Assembly: GCA_965261735.1 (NCBI GenBank)
Contig: OZ253470.1
Coordinates: forward strand, 1 to 64,000
Length of the DNA stretch: 64,000 bases
Reading direction: 5' to 3'
Origin: Alphaproteobacteria bacterium
GTDB lineage: Bacteria > Pseudomonadota > Alphaproteobacteria > SHVV01
Made by a program: the position numbers and the translations under genes. The number at the start of each line of letters is the position of its first letter. Within the stretch, counting starts at the first letter, position 1. Below the pieces are notes generated by a model. It saw only the letters and a program-made list of their open reading frames with translations, was not told the origin of the DNA and made no database searches. Shown here in pieces: positions 51,422 through 61,251 of this stretch.

Positions 51422-51521
51422 GCCTCGCCGGCGCTCACACCGCCACGCTCGCTATCGTTTTTGAACGGCGCAGGCTAGACTCCGGGTTGGACTCGGGGCT
51501 CGCCGACAAGGAGATGAAGAG

Positions 51522-52946
51522 ATGAACAGCGCTGTTGAGGCCTACGAGGGCGAAGCAGAGGTCGGCGGCATCGCCAATCAGCTGGCGGACTTCGCCGCGG
51601 GCCTGTCTTTCGACGACATACCCGAGACCGTGCGCACCCGCGCCAAGCATCTCGTTCTCGATGCGGTCGGCATCGCCCACGCCTCGGGGCCACACGATTT
51701 CGCGCAGGTGACGCTGAAGAGCATCCACGAGCTCGGGGGCGACGGCGACTTTCCGGTGATCGGGACCAAGCTGCGCCTCCCGGTGCGCGACGCGGCGTTC
51801 CTCAACGGTCTCCTCATTCACGGCCTCGACTTCGACGACACGCACACGCCGGGCGTCATCCATACGACGACGAGCACCTTCCCGAGCGCTCTAGCGGCGG
51901 CGGCGCTCGCCGGCGCGAGCGGGCGCGAGATGCTGACGGCCTACATCATCGGCGTCGAGGCCGCATCGCGCCTCGCCACGGTGGTCAAGGGCGCCCTGCA
52001 TCAAATCGGCTTCCATCCGACGGGCGTCATGGGCGCCTTCGGTTGCGCTCTCGTGGCCGGCCGCCTGCTTGGCCTCGATCGTCATCAGCTGGCGATGGCA
52101 CAGGGCATCGTACTCAGCGCCGCGTCCGGCAGCCTGGAGTTCCTCGAGGACGGCGCGTGGACGAAACGTTTTCATCCTGGATGGGCGGCGGTGGCGGGTA
52201 TTACCGCGGCCAAGCTTGCCAGCGACGGCTTCGTCGGCGCGACCCGCCCCTACGAGGGCCGCTTCGGGCTCTACAACGCCTACCTCGACGAAAAGGGCGC
52301 GGCCGGCTGCGATCTCAGCATCGCGACCGCAGGCCTGGGCTCGTCCTGGGAGCTATCCAACGTGGCCATCAAGCCGTTCCCGGCGTGCCATTTCACGCAC
52401 GGGTGTATCGATGCCGCGCTCAAGCTCCATAACGATCACGGAGTCCGGGGCGATGCGATAAAGCACGTGCGCGCGCTGGTGCCCCAGGAGGTGGTGAAGG
52501 CCGTATGCGAGCCGGTGGCCAACAAACGCCGTCCCGCCAACACCTACGACGCCGAGTTCAGCATCCCCTTCCTCGTAGCGGCGGCCCTCACCCGCGGCAA
52601 GTACACGCTCGATGAGCTCGATGATGAATCGCTGAGGGATCCGGCCATCCTCGCCATCGCCGACAAGGTCGACTACGAGATCGATCCCAACTCCGGTTTC
52701 CCCAAATACTATTCGGGCGAGGTCATCGTCGAGACCAACGACGGCCGCGAACTCGGCCAGCGCGAGCACAAGAACCGGGGCTGCTCCGAGAACCCGATCT
52801 CTAACGAGGAGATCGTCGCCAAGTTCGAATCCAACGCGGCCCGCGTGACGTCCGATGCGCGTGTCGCGGCGGTCCGCGAGTTGATCCTGACACTGGATCA
52901 GGGCGCCGAGGCAACGCACATCGGCGACGGCCTGGCGGCGCAGTGA
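51522..52946 (+). CDS. MmgE/PrpD family protein
   Basis: HGLDFDDTH, GFHPTG, KRFHPG, KPFPACHFTH, FSIPF. Confidence 0.92.
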   Translation: MNSAVEAYEGEAEVGGIANQLADFAAGLSFDDIPETVRTRAKHLVLDAVGIAHASGPHDFAQVTLKSIHELGGDGDFPVIGTKLRLPVRDAAFLNGLLIHGLDFDDTHTPGVIHTTTSTFPSALAAAALAGASGREMLTAYIIGVEAASRLATVVKGALHQIGFHPTGVMGAFGCALVAGRLLGLDRHQLAMAQGIVLSAASGSLEFLEDGAWTKRFHPGWAAVAGITAAKLASDGFVGATRPYEGRFGLYNAYLDEKGAAGCDLSIATAGLGSSWELSNVAIKPFPACHFTHGCIDAALKLHNDHGVRGDAIKHVRALVPQEVVKAVCEPVANKRRPANTYDAEFSIPFLVAAALTRGKYTLDELDDESLRDPAILAIADKVDYEIDPNSGFPKYYSGEVIVETNDGRELGQREHKNRGCSENPISNEEIVAKFESNAARVTSDARVAAVRELILTLDQGAEATHIGDGLAAQ

Positions 52947-52964
52947 GCGAAAGGGCGCGCAGAC

Positions 52965-54158
52965 ATGACTGGTGACGCGGCGGCCGGCGATACGCTGAAG
53001 GCGCGCGAGGAGCTATCGAACGAGAGCGAGTCGCTGATCCTCGACAGTATCGACCGCTTTCTCGAGCGCGACGTAAAGCCTTACGTCCACCAGCTCGAGC
53101 ACGACGACACCTACCCCGCCGACATGGCCGATCGCATGAAAGACCTCGGCCTCTTCGGCGCGGTCATCGACCCGGAGTATGGCGGGCTCGGGTTGTCGTC
53201 CCAGACCTACGCCAAGATCGTCGAGCATATCTCGGCCGCGTGGATGTCACTTACCGGGATCTTTAACTCGCACCTCATCATGGCGGTCGCGGTGCAGCGC
53301 TTTGGCACCGAAGAACAGAAGCGGCAGTATCTTCCGCCCTTCGCCAGCGGCGACATCCGTGGCGGCCTCGCGCTGACCGAGCCCGACTGCGGCACCGACC
53401 TGCAGGCGATCCGGACCGTCGCGCGCCGCGACGGCGACGACTACGTCGTCAACGGCAACAAAATGTGGATTACCAACGGCATCCACGGCAGCTGCTTCGC
53501 CCTGTTGGTGAAGACCGATCCCACGGCCGAGCCGCGCCACAAGGGCATGAGCCTGTTGATCGCGGAGAAGGGCGAGGGCTTCAAGGTCAGCCGCAAGCTC
53601 GAGAAGCTCGGCTACAAGGGCATCGATACGGCCGAGCTAGTGTTCGAGGACTACCGCGTGCCTGCCGACCGGCTCATCGGCGGGGTCGAGGGGCTCGGGC
53701 TCAAGCACGCGCTCGCAGGACTGGAACTCGGGCGCATCAACGTCGCGGCTCGAGGGATCGGCGTGGCGCGCGCGGCGCTCGACGAGGCGACCGCCTATGC
53801 CCAGGTGCGCAAGACCTTCGGCAAGCCGATTTGCGAGCATCAATCGATCCAGATCATGCTCGCCGACATGGCGACGCGCGTCGAGGCCTCGCGGCTGCTC
53901 GTGAACTCGGCGGCGCAGGCCTACGATCGCGGCGAGCGTTGCGACATGGAAGCCGGCATGGCCAAGCTGTTCGCCACCGAGGCTGCGCTCGCCAACGCGA
54001 CCGAGGCGATGCGTATTCACGGCGGCTACGGCTTCTCCAAGGAGTTCAACATCGAGCGCTACTACCGCGATGCGCCGCTGCTGGTTATCGGCGAGGGCAC
54101 GAACGAACTCCAGCGCATCATCATTGCCCGCCAGCTCGTCGCCCGTAATCCCGTCTAG
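52965..54158 (+). CDS. Acyl-CoA dehydrogenase
   Basis: ALTEPDCGTD, NGNKMWITN, IHGGYG, YYRDA...IGEGTNE. Confidence 0.93.
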   Translation: MTGDAAAGDTLKAREELSNESESLILDSIDRFLERDVKPYVHQLEHDDTYPADMADRMKDLGLFGAVIDPEYGGLGLSSQTYAKIVEHISAAWMSLTGIFNSHLIMAVAVQRFGTEEQKRQYLPPFASGDIRGGLALTEPDCGTDLQAIRTVARRDGDDYVVNGNKMWITNGIHGSCFALLVKTDPTAEPRHKGMSLLIAEKGEGFKVSRKLEKLGYKGIDTAELVFEDYRVPADRLIGGVEGLGLKHALAGLELGRINVAARGIGVARAALDEATAYAQVRKTFGKPICEHQSIQIMLADMATRVEASRLLVNSAAQAYDRGERCDMEAGMAKLFATEAALANATEAMRIHGGYGFSKEFNIERYYRDAPLLVIGEGTNELQRIIIARQLVARNPV

Positions 54159-54217
54159 CGAGCGCGCCCGCGCCTGACCTTGTGGCGGGCCGCCGGGGCC
54201 CGTCGGGAGAGCCTTTC

Positions 54218-55405
54218 ATGCTGCCACTTGAGGGACTTCGCGTGATCGCCGTCGAGCAATACGGGGCGGGGCCCTTCGGCACCATGATGCTCGCCGACCT
54301 CGGTGCCGAGATCATCAAGATCGAGAACGCCGAGGACGGGGGCGACTTTGGGCGCCGCGTCGGGCCGCATTTCTTCGATTCCAACGACAGTCACTTCTTC
54401 GAGACCTTCTCGCGCAACAAATTCAGCGTCACGCTCAACTTCCGTGTTCCGGAATCGCGCGAGGTCGTGCGCGACCTGGTACGGACCGCCGATGCCGTCT
54501 ACGACAACCTCCGCGGCGACAAGCCCGCCCAGCTCGGCCTCACCTACGACCAGCTCAAGGACGTGAACCCCAAGATCGTGTGCACCCATCTCGCAGCGTA
54601 CGGGCGCGACACCTCGCGCGCGTCGTGGCCCGGGTTCGACTACCTGATGCAGGCCGAGGCCGGGTATTTCTCGCTCACCGGCGAGCCCGACGGGCCGCCG
54701 GCGCGCATGGGGCTCTCGATCGTCGACCTCATGACCGGGGTCGAGGCGGCGTTTGCCCTGCTCGCCGCGGTGGTTGGGGCGCGCGCGACCGGGGTCGGGC
54801 GCGACATCGACACGAGCCTGTTCGACACGGCGCTGCACAACGTCGGCTACGTCGCCACGTGGTATCTCAACGAGAAGGTGAAGACGGGCCGTGTCGCCCG
54901 CTCGGCCCACCCGTCGCTGACGCCGAGCCAGCTCTACCGGACGGGCGACGGCTGGATTCTCATAATGTGCAACAAGGAGCACTTCTGGGGCGTGCTCGCG
55001 GATAAGGTTGGGCACCCGGAATGGGCCAACGACCCGGAGCTCAACACCCAGGACGCGCGCCTTAGGAACCGCGATCGCATCACCGTCATGCTCGATGAGG
55101 TTCTGTCCGCGCGAACCACCCAGGAGTGGATCGACCACTTCGCCGGTGAAGTGCCCGCGGCACCGGTCAACGACGTCGCGCAGGCGCTCGATAACCCTTA
55201 CGTGCGGGACGAGGGCCGCATCCTCGAGGTGCCCCACCCGGCCCGCGGCACGATACAACTGGTGGCCCCGCCCGTGCGCTGTCCAGGTGAAGAGTTCCCA
55301 ACCCGGCCCGCGCCCGAGCTCGGCGCCGACACCGACCGGCTGTTGCAGGAGATCGGCTACGACGAGGCGAAGATCGCCCGCCTGCGCGAGGCCGGCGCCA
55401 TTTAG
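54218..55405 (+). CDS. Family III CoA-transferase (CaiB/BaiF)
   Basis: PLEGLRV, AGPFG...LADLGAEIIKIE, RNKFS, PGFDY, APELGADT. Confidence 0.93.
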   Translation: MLPLEGLRVIAVEQYGAGPFGTMMLADLGAEIIKIENAEDGGDFGRRVGPHFFDSNDSHFFETFSRNKFSVTLNFRVPESREVVRDLVRTADAVYDNLRGDKPAQLGLTYDQLKDVNPKIVCTHLAAYGRDTSRASWPGFDYLMQAEAGYFSLTGEPDGPPARMGLSIVDLMTGVEAAFALLAAVVGARATGVGRDIDTSLFDTALHNVGYVATWYLNEKVKTGRVARSAHPSLTPSQLYRTGDGWILIMCNKEHFWGVLADKVGHPEWANDPELNTQDARLRNRDRITVMLDEVLSARTTQEWIDHFAGEVPAAPVNDVAQALDNPYVRDEGRILEVPHPARGTIQLVAPPVRCPGEEFPTRPAPELGADTDRLLQEIGYDEAKIARLREAGAI

Positions 55406-55443
55406 CGCGCTGCGGCGCGGGAAGACCCAGGGAGAATCGCGAG

Positions 55444-56277
55444 ATGCGCATTAAATTTCTCGACGTCGACGGTATCAATACCCGCGTCATCTTTGCCGGC
55501 GATGAGAAGAAGGACCCGCTCCTTTTTATCCAGGGATTCGGCATCACGGCGGACAGCTGGATGGCCAACATCGATCCCCTGTCCGACGAGTTCTACGTCA
55601 TCGCACCCGACATCGTCGGGCACGGATTCACCGATCCGGTTGATTTCAAGGGACGCCCGCCCCATCCCGCGACCGTCGAGCACCTGTTCAAGCTGATGGA
55701 CACGCTGGGGATCGACAAGTTCTGTCCGAGCGGCAGCTCCTACGGTGCGCTGCTCGGCGCGCTGATGTATTTCGAGGCCCCGGAACGGGTCGACAAGCTC
55801 ATCATCAACGGCAGCGGCTCGTGCTTCAATTCCGAGGCCGAACTTGCCTCTGCTCTGCAGGGCACGCTCAAGAACGCGCGCCAGGCGCTACTGGCGCCGA
55901 CACTGGAATCCTGCCGCCGCCGTATGGGGAATACGGTCTACGACGTGTCCTGCGTGCCCGACGAAATGCTGATTCTTCAGCTCACCGCCTATGCCCAACC
56001 CCACATCGTGCCCGCGTGGGAGGAGGCGATGAAGGGCATGGCGAACATCGAGGCGTCGCGCCCCTATCGCATCCTCGAGCGGCTCGAGCAGCTCGACGTC
56101 GACACCCTCGTGGTATGGGGGCGCGAAGATCCGCGCGGCGTCTACGCGAGCGCGGTCGAGGCGGTGAAGCGGATGCCCCGGGCGCGCCTCGTGACGTTCG
56201 AGAAGTGCGGTCACCTGCCCTACCTCGAATACCCCGAGGCGTACAACGACGCGGTACGCGAATTCCTGAAGTCCTGA
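55444..56277 (+). CDS. Alpha/beta hydrolase, meta-cleavage-product hydrolase-like
   Basis: APDIVGHG, GSSYG nucleophile elbow, WGRED, FEKCGH. Confidence 0.8.
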   Translation: MRIKFLDVDGINTRVIFAGDEKKDPLLFIQGFGITADSWMANIDPLSDEFYVIAPDIVGHGFTDPVDFKGRPPHPATVEHLFKLMDTLGIDKFCPSGSSYGALLGALMYFEAPERVDKLIINGSGSCFNSEAELASALQGTLKNARQALLAPTLESCRRRMGNTVYDVSCVPDEMLILQLTAYAQPHIVPAWEEAMKGMANIEASRPYRILERLEQLDVDTLVVWGREDPRGVYASAVEAVKRMPRARLVTFEKCGHLPYLEYPEAYNDAVREFLKS

Positions 56278-56322
56278 CCGTCGGCAATCGATACGCTGGC
56301 GCCGAGCGCGGCGTCCGCGCGC

Positions 56323-57318
56323 CTAAGCGTCCGACTTGGCCCCCGTAGCTGGGGGCTGAGGCACGTGCGCGGCCTCGGCTATGCGCTGGAGGTCCTCGAC
56401 CGAGCGCGCCTTGGGCGCACCCGCCGGCAACAACCCGCGCGGCATGAAGACCATCACCAGGACGATGATGATGCCGTAGAACATGAGGCGGAAACGGGGC
56501 TCGTCGGTCGTCGTCAGCCACGGGACGAAGTAAACGAACGCGCCGCCCAACACCGTTCCCCAGAACGTCCGTAGCCCCCCGAGCAGCACGCCGAGCACGA
56601 ATACGATCGAGAGAAAGACGCTGAACTCGGTCGGTGAGAGCACGGTCACGCGATGGGCGTGAAGGCTGCCGCCGATGCCGGTAATGAAGCCGCCGATTCC
56701 CCACGCCAGCAATTTCGTCCGCTTGACGTTGATGCCCATGGCGCCGGCGACCACCTGGCTCTCGCGGATGGCCTGGAAAGCCAGCCAGAAGCGCGATTTC
56801 TCCAATCGCCAGAGCGCAAAGATCAGAATCACGATAATGGCGAACACGGGCAACGCCGTCGACTTGAGCGGGATACCGACGAAGCCGATCGCGCCGCCGA
56901 GATACTCCGAGTTCAGCCACACGGTGATCAACGCCTCGCCGAACGCGAAGGTGCCGATGGCGAGGTAGAATCCGGTCAGGCGGAGGCCGAGCAGGTAACA
57001 GTAGACGAGGCCGGCGAGCGCGCCGGATACGCCCGAAAGCGGCACGGCGAGCCAGAAGGGCGTGCCGAATTTGACCACCAGCACGGCGGAGCTGTAGGCG
57101 GTGATGCCGACCAGGCCGGCATGCCCGAGCGAGACTTGCCCGGCCGCGAACATGACGAACAGCCCGAGCGTGCTGACGAGATAGACGCCGTAATCGGTGA
57201 AGAGATCGAGCGCGAACGCCCAGGTCAAACCGGAATAGTGCAGGACGAGCCCGCGCCAGGTCGCCGACCAGGTGATGTCGAGCAGACGCTCGAGGATGTC
57301 AGGAGTAACGGGATCCAT
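56323..57318 (-). CDS. Branched-chain amino acid-type ABC permease (LivM-like)
   Basis: GQVSLGHAG, LRLTGFYLAIGT, AIRE...AMGIN. Confidence 0.9.
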   Translation of the reverse strand: MDPVTPDILERLLDITWSATWRGLVLHYSGLTWAFALDLFTDYGVYLVSTLGLFVMFAAGQVSLGHAGLVGITAYSSAVLVVKFGTPFWLAVPLSGVSGALAGLVYCYLLGLRLTGFYLAIGTFAFGEALITVWLNSEYLGGAIGFVGIPLKSTALPVFAIIVILIFALWRLEKSRFWLAFQAIRESQVVAGAMGINVKRTKLLAWGIGGFITGIGGSLHAHRVTVLSPTEFSVFLSIVFVLGVLLGGLRTFWGTVLGGAFVYFVPWLTTTDEPRFRLMFYGIIIVLVMVFMPRGLLPAGAPKARSVEDLQRIAEAAHVPQPPATGAKSDA

Positions 57319-57324
57319 CGGGTC

Positions 57325-58215
57325 CTACACTTCTCTCTCGACGCGCCCTTCCTCGCCGAACAGGCCGAAGGGCCGGAACATGAGGATCATGACCATTCCG
57401 GAGTAGGCGACGAAGTCGCGGTAGGTCGAGCCACCGAGGCCGACCGCAAGGGACTCCATGATGCCGAGGACAACGCCAATATAGAGGCAGCCCCGCATAT
57501 TGCCGATGCCGGCGACGATGAGAACCACGATGCCTTTGAGCCCGAGGAGCAGGCCCACAAATGGGTAGGTGGAGCCAAAGGCCATCGAGTTCAGGATCCC
57601 GGCGACCCCGGCCAGGCTGGCGCTGATCGCGAAACCCATGACCGTGATGCGGTCGACGTTGATCCCGACACACTTGGCGATGTCGGGGCTCTGGGCGAGC
57701 ACGCGGATCGCCTTGCCTATCGAGCTCCTGCGCAGGAATAGAACCATCCCCAACATGACGCCGACCGACAGCAGGATCAGCACCATCTGGGTGTCGGAAA
57801 TCTCGACATCGCCGACGATCACGTAGTAGGTGGGATCGAACGGGCGCGGAAAGAGTTGGGGCCGGCCCTCCGTGAGGACCGTGACTAGGTTCTCGAGAAA
57901 CAGAGCGCCGCCGAGCGTCGCCACCTTGGTATTCCACCAGTTCCCCCTAAGGGGCCGCACCGTCAGCCGCTCGATTAGGAGGCCCGTGACCATCGCCAGC
58001 GCAATGCCGCCGATAGCCGCGAGCCAGAAATTCTCGAGACCGAGATAGTAGACGAGCAGAACGCCATACGCGCCGATCATCATCGTCGCGCCGTGGGCGA
58101 GGTTGAGCACGTTCATGGTGCCGAAGACGAGATTGAAGCCGATCGCCACGACCGCGTAAATCGCACCGGTGGAGACACCGATGAAAATTTGCTCGGCGAG
58201 GTACCCGATCGGCAT
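57325..58215 (-). CDS. Branched-chain amino acid-type ABC permease (LivH-like)
   Basis: GAIYAVVAIGFNLVFG...NLAHG, GKAIR...GIN. Confidence 0.9.
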   Translation of the reverse strand: MPIGYLAEQIFIGVSTGAIYAVVAIGFNLVFGTMNVLNLAHGATMMIGAYGVLLVYYLGLENFWLAAIGGIALAMVTGLLIERLTVRPLRGNWWNTKVATLGGALFLENLVTVLTEGRPQLFPRPFDPTYYVIVGDVEISDTQMVLILLSVGVMLGMVLFLRRSSIGKAIRVLAQSPDIAKCVGINVDRITVMGFAISASLAGVAGILNSMAFGSTYPFVGLLLGLKGIVVLIVAGIGNMRGCLYIGVVLGIMESLAVGLGGSTYRDFVAYSGMVMILMFRPFGLFGEEGRVEREV

Positions 58216-58230
58216 GTCCGCGTTCCCTGC

Positions 58231-58974
58231 TCAGCTTCCTAGGTAGGCGTCCTTGAGACGCTCGCCTTCGGCGACCTCGGCGCTGGTGCCGCTGAACTCG
58301 ATGCCGCCGATACGCATGACGTAGGCGCGATCGGCTATCTCCAACGCCTTGTTGACGTTCTGCTCGACGACCAGGATATCGACCCCGTCCTCCTGGTTGA
58401 TGCGCCGAAGCATGTCGAAGATCTCCTTGAGCAATATCGGCGCGAGCCCCAGGGACGGCTCATCGAGAAGCATCAATTTGGGACCCGCCATGAGCCCGCG
58501 GGCGATCGCCAGCTGGCGCTGCTCGCCACCTGACAGTGTCGCGGAGAACTGTTTACGACGCTCATGGAGAACCGGGAACTTGTCGAACAGCTCGTCCATC
58601 TTGCGGCGCACGATCGTTCTGTCACGGTACAGGAACAGGCCGCCCACCTCGAGGTTTTCCTCGACCGTCATGCGCGGCAGAACCACCTGCGCGGAGGGTA
58701 CGTTGGCGATGCCGAGCCGCGCCAGGTTGTGGGTCGCCATACCGGTGATGCGGTGCGTCCTTTCGCCGTCGAAATAGTCGACTGTCCCGGTTGAGGGCGG
58801 GACCAGCCCCATGATCGAGAGCAGGACGCTCGTTTTTCCGGCCCCGTTGGGGCCGAGCAGCGCCACAACTTCGCCGCGGTTGACCACCATCGATACGTCG
58901 GTCGCGGCGACGACCGCGCCATAGCGAACCTCCAGGTTCTCGACCTTGAGGACGGGAATTGCGTCGCTGGCCAT
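58231..58974 (-). CDS. ABC ATP-binding protein (LivF-like)
   Basis: GPNGAGKT, LSGGEQ, LDEPSLGLAP, VEQN. Confidence 0.92.
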   Translation of the reverse strand: MASDAIPVLKVENLEVRYGAVVAATDVSMVVNRGEVVALLGPNGAGKTSVLLSIMGLVPPSTGTVDYFDGERTHRITGMATHNLARLGIANVPSAQVVLPRMTVEENLEVGGLFLYRDRTIVRRKMDELFDKFPVLHERRKQFSATLSGGEQRQLAIARGLMAGPKLMLLDEPSLGLAPILLKEIFDMLRRINQEDGVDILVVEQNVNKALEIADRAYVMRIGGIEFSGTSAEVAEGERLKDAYLGS

Positions 58975-58978
58975 GAAT

Positions 58979-59752
58979 CTAGTCGCCGAGATAGGCCTGG
59001 ATCACGGGGGGATCGTCACGCACGTACTCGGGAGTGCCCTCCGAGATCTTGCGGCCGTAGTTAAGGACCGCTACTTGATCCGAGATCTGCATGACCACTG
59101 ACATCTTGTGCTCGATCATCAGGATCGTCTTGTTGCGCCCCTTGATCTCGTTCTCGATGAGGCCCAGCGTTTCGTTGATCCAAACGGGGTTCATGCCCTG
59201 GGTCGGCTCGTCCATCAGCACGATCTCCGGATCAAGGGCGAGGATGCGGATCATTTCGAGCATGCGCCGCTCGCCGAGCGAGCAGGTGCCTGGATAATCG
59301 TGACGGCGCGGATACAGGCGGCCGCCACCTATCTCGCCGAGCAGCTTCTCCGCGCGATCGCGCACCCGCTTGCGTTCCTCGCGCTCACCGCGCATGCACA
59401 ACAAGGCCTCGACAATGCTCGTCCGGCTGCCCGTGAACTGAGGTAGCTCGCAGTTCTGCAGGATCGTCAGATTGGGGAACAGGCGCGCGCTCTGGAAGGT
59501 GCGGCCGACGCCGAGCTCGGCGACGCGGTGCGGCCCCCACCCCATAATGTCGACGCCGTTGAACATGATCGAGCCGCCGTCGGCGGGCAGCAGCCCCGAG
59601 ATAATGTTGAACAGCGTCGTCTTGCCCGACCCATTGGGACCGATCACGCAAAAGGTTTGTCCCTCGGAAATATCGAGGCTTACCCCGTCCAACGCGACCA
59701 AGCCACCAAAGTGCTTGGTGACACCCGCTATGCTGAAAAACGAAGATGCCAT
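58979..59752 (-). CDS. ABC ATP-binding protein (LivG-like)
   Basis: FGGLVAL, GPNGSGKTT, RTFQ, MDEP, IEH, QAYLG. Confidence 0.92.
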   Translation of the reverse strand: MASSFFSIAGVTKHFGGLVALDGVSLDISEGQTFCVIGPNGSGKTTLFNIISGLLPADGGSIMFNGVDIMGWGPHRVAELGVGRTFQSARLFPNLTILQNCELPQFTGSRTSIVEALLCMRGEREERKRVRDRAEKLLGEIGGGRLYPRRHDYPGTCSLGERRMLEMIRILALDPEIVLMDEPTQGMNPVWINETLGLIENEIKGRNKTILMIEHKMSVVMQISDQVAVLNYGRKISEGTPEYVRDDPPVIQAYLGD

Positions 59753-60049
59753 AACGCCCCTTCGAGAAAACCCGCTGGACCGGCGAATCGAGCAAGCGCC
59801 AGCGCGGCGCCAACAAACCCACCGGCGCCAGGGCGCCCCGTGGTCGACGCCGCAAACCGCCGCGTCAAAGGCCGATAAAACGCTGTGCTGCGGCCTCCCT
59901 GAGAAGGGCCATTATTGTTTCGCGCCGCGGTGCAGTTCCCAAAACGGGGCGGGCACCCCGGCGCGAGACGCATTCTGCTTACAAGGGGGGGCCATGGCAA
60001 CAGCGAATTGGCGTTGGCCCGATTTCGCCCGTGACGTTGTGCGTACTCG

Positions 60050-61057
60050 CTAGATGAGATACGGCCTCTGTTTGGGGTCAGCGCCCGCCACCGCACTGAA
60101 ATCGGGCGCTCGAGCCACATAGAACTCGCAGCGCATCGCATCCGGGTCCTTGACGAACAGGCTGCGCTTGACCGGGTTGTCGACGCGCATCTCGATCTCG
60201 ACTCCGGCGTCGGCCAGCGCCTTCTCCGCCGAGTCGAGCTCGCTCTCGTTGGCGACCTCGTAACTGTAGTGGTGGATCGACGGCGCGGCGCCCTCCGCCT
60301 GGCTGAACAGCGCGATACTGAAGGCATAGCCGGCGGCACTGCCGGCGAAGCACTGGAAGGCGCCATCGGGCGCGCTGTAGACGTTGCTCAAGCCGGCGAC
60401 GCCCTCGTAGAAGTCGACCATCGGGCCGAACTTTCCGCACATCAACACGGCATGGGTGAAGCGCAGGGAGTGAACGAGCGCATCGTCCACGCGCCTGATC
60501 TCGGCGCCGGCGTCATAGCGTGACTCAGCGGTGGCGGGCGCCGCATGAGGCTCCCAGCTGCCGGTGACGGGACTGCCTTTCTGGCTATCGAAAAACCCGC
60601 GCCAATCCCTGATCATGTCGGCATAGATCTCGTGCTCGTTGCCGTCGGGATCGAACACATAAACGCTATGTGCGCTCTGGTGGTCGACGCAACGGTAGAT
60701 GGGATAGCCGGCCTCGACCGCCCGGTCGTAGGCCTCGACCAGGCGCTGCTCGTTGTCCATCTCCCACCCGAAATGATTGAGCCCCGCCTTCTTGGCGCGC
60801 CCACTCGAAGGCACGGGCTTGCCATCGCGGCCGACGAGCACCTTGTCACTGACCTGGACCAGGCCGAGATCGTGGTGCGTATTGCCGTTCGAGAGGAACC
60901 CCGCGTTGACGATGTGGATACGGTAGACCTCCTCGAACCCGGCAACCTTGTTGTAGAACTCCATCGAGCGTTCGAGTTCGCCCACGAACAGGTTGGCGTG
61001 ACCGACCCGGCGCGGCGAGAACTTGATGGCCGGCGCCTCTTGCGTCTGAGCTGTCAT
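60050..61057 (-). CDS. Two-domain VOC protein, putative extradiol ring-cleavage dioxygenase (paralogue B)
   Basis: RRVGH, NTHHD, LNHFGW, DHQSAHSVY, DPDGNEHE; 335 aa like paralogue A. Confidence 0.82.
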   Translation of the reverse strand: MTAQTQEAPAIKFSPRRVGHANLFVGELERSMEFYNKVAGFEEVYRIHIVNAGFLSNGNTHHDLGLVQVSDKVLVGRDGKPVPSSGRAKKAGLNHFGWEMDNEQRLVEAYDRAVEAGYPIYRCVDHQSAHSVYVFDPDGNEHEIYADMIRDWRGFFDSQKGSPVTGSWEPHAAPATAESRYDAGAEIRRVDDALVHSLRFTHAVLMCGKFGPMVDFYEGVAGLSNVYSAPDGAFQCFAGSAAGYAFSIALFSQAEGAAPSIHHYSYEVANESELDSAEKALADAGVEIEMRVDNPVKRSLFVKDPDAMRCEFYVARAPDFSAVAGADPKQRPYLI

Positions 61058-61251
61058 GGAACATCCTCCGATGGCGGGTTGTCGGAACCTGCGCCGACCT
61101 TAGCACAGGTCGCCGCGCGTACCTATTCGGAGCGGCGGGTACAGGCGCCACTGCACCGCCGCGGCAGCCAGAATCGGCGCGTGGGCGGAGCGCAGGATGT
61201 GCTAATGTTCGCCGGATCGGCTAGCAGACCGGCGGTGTGATGGAGGGAACC

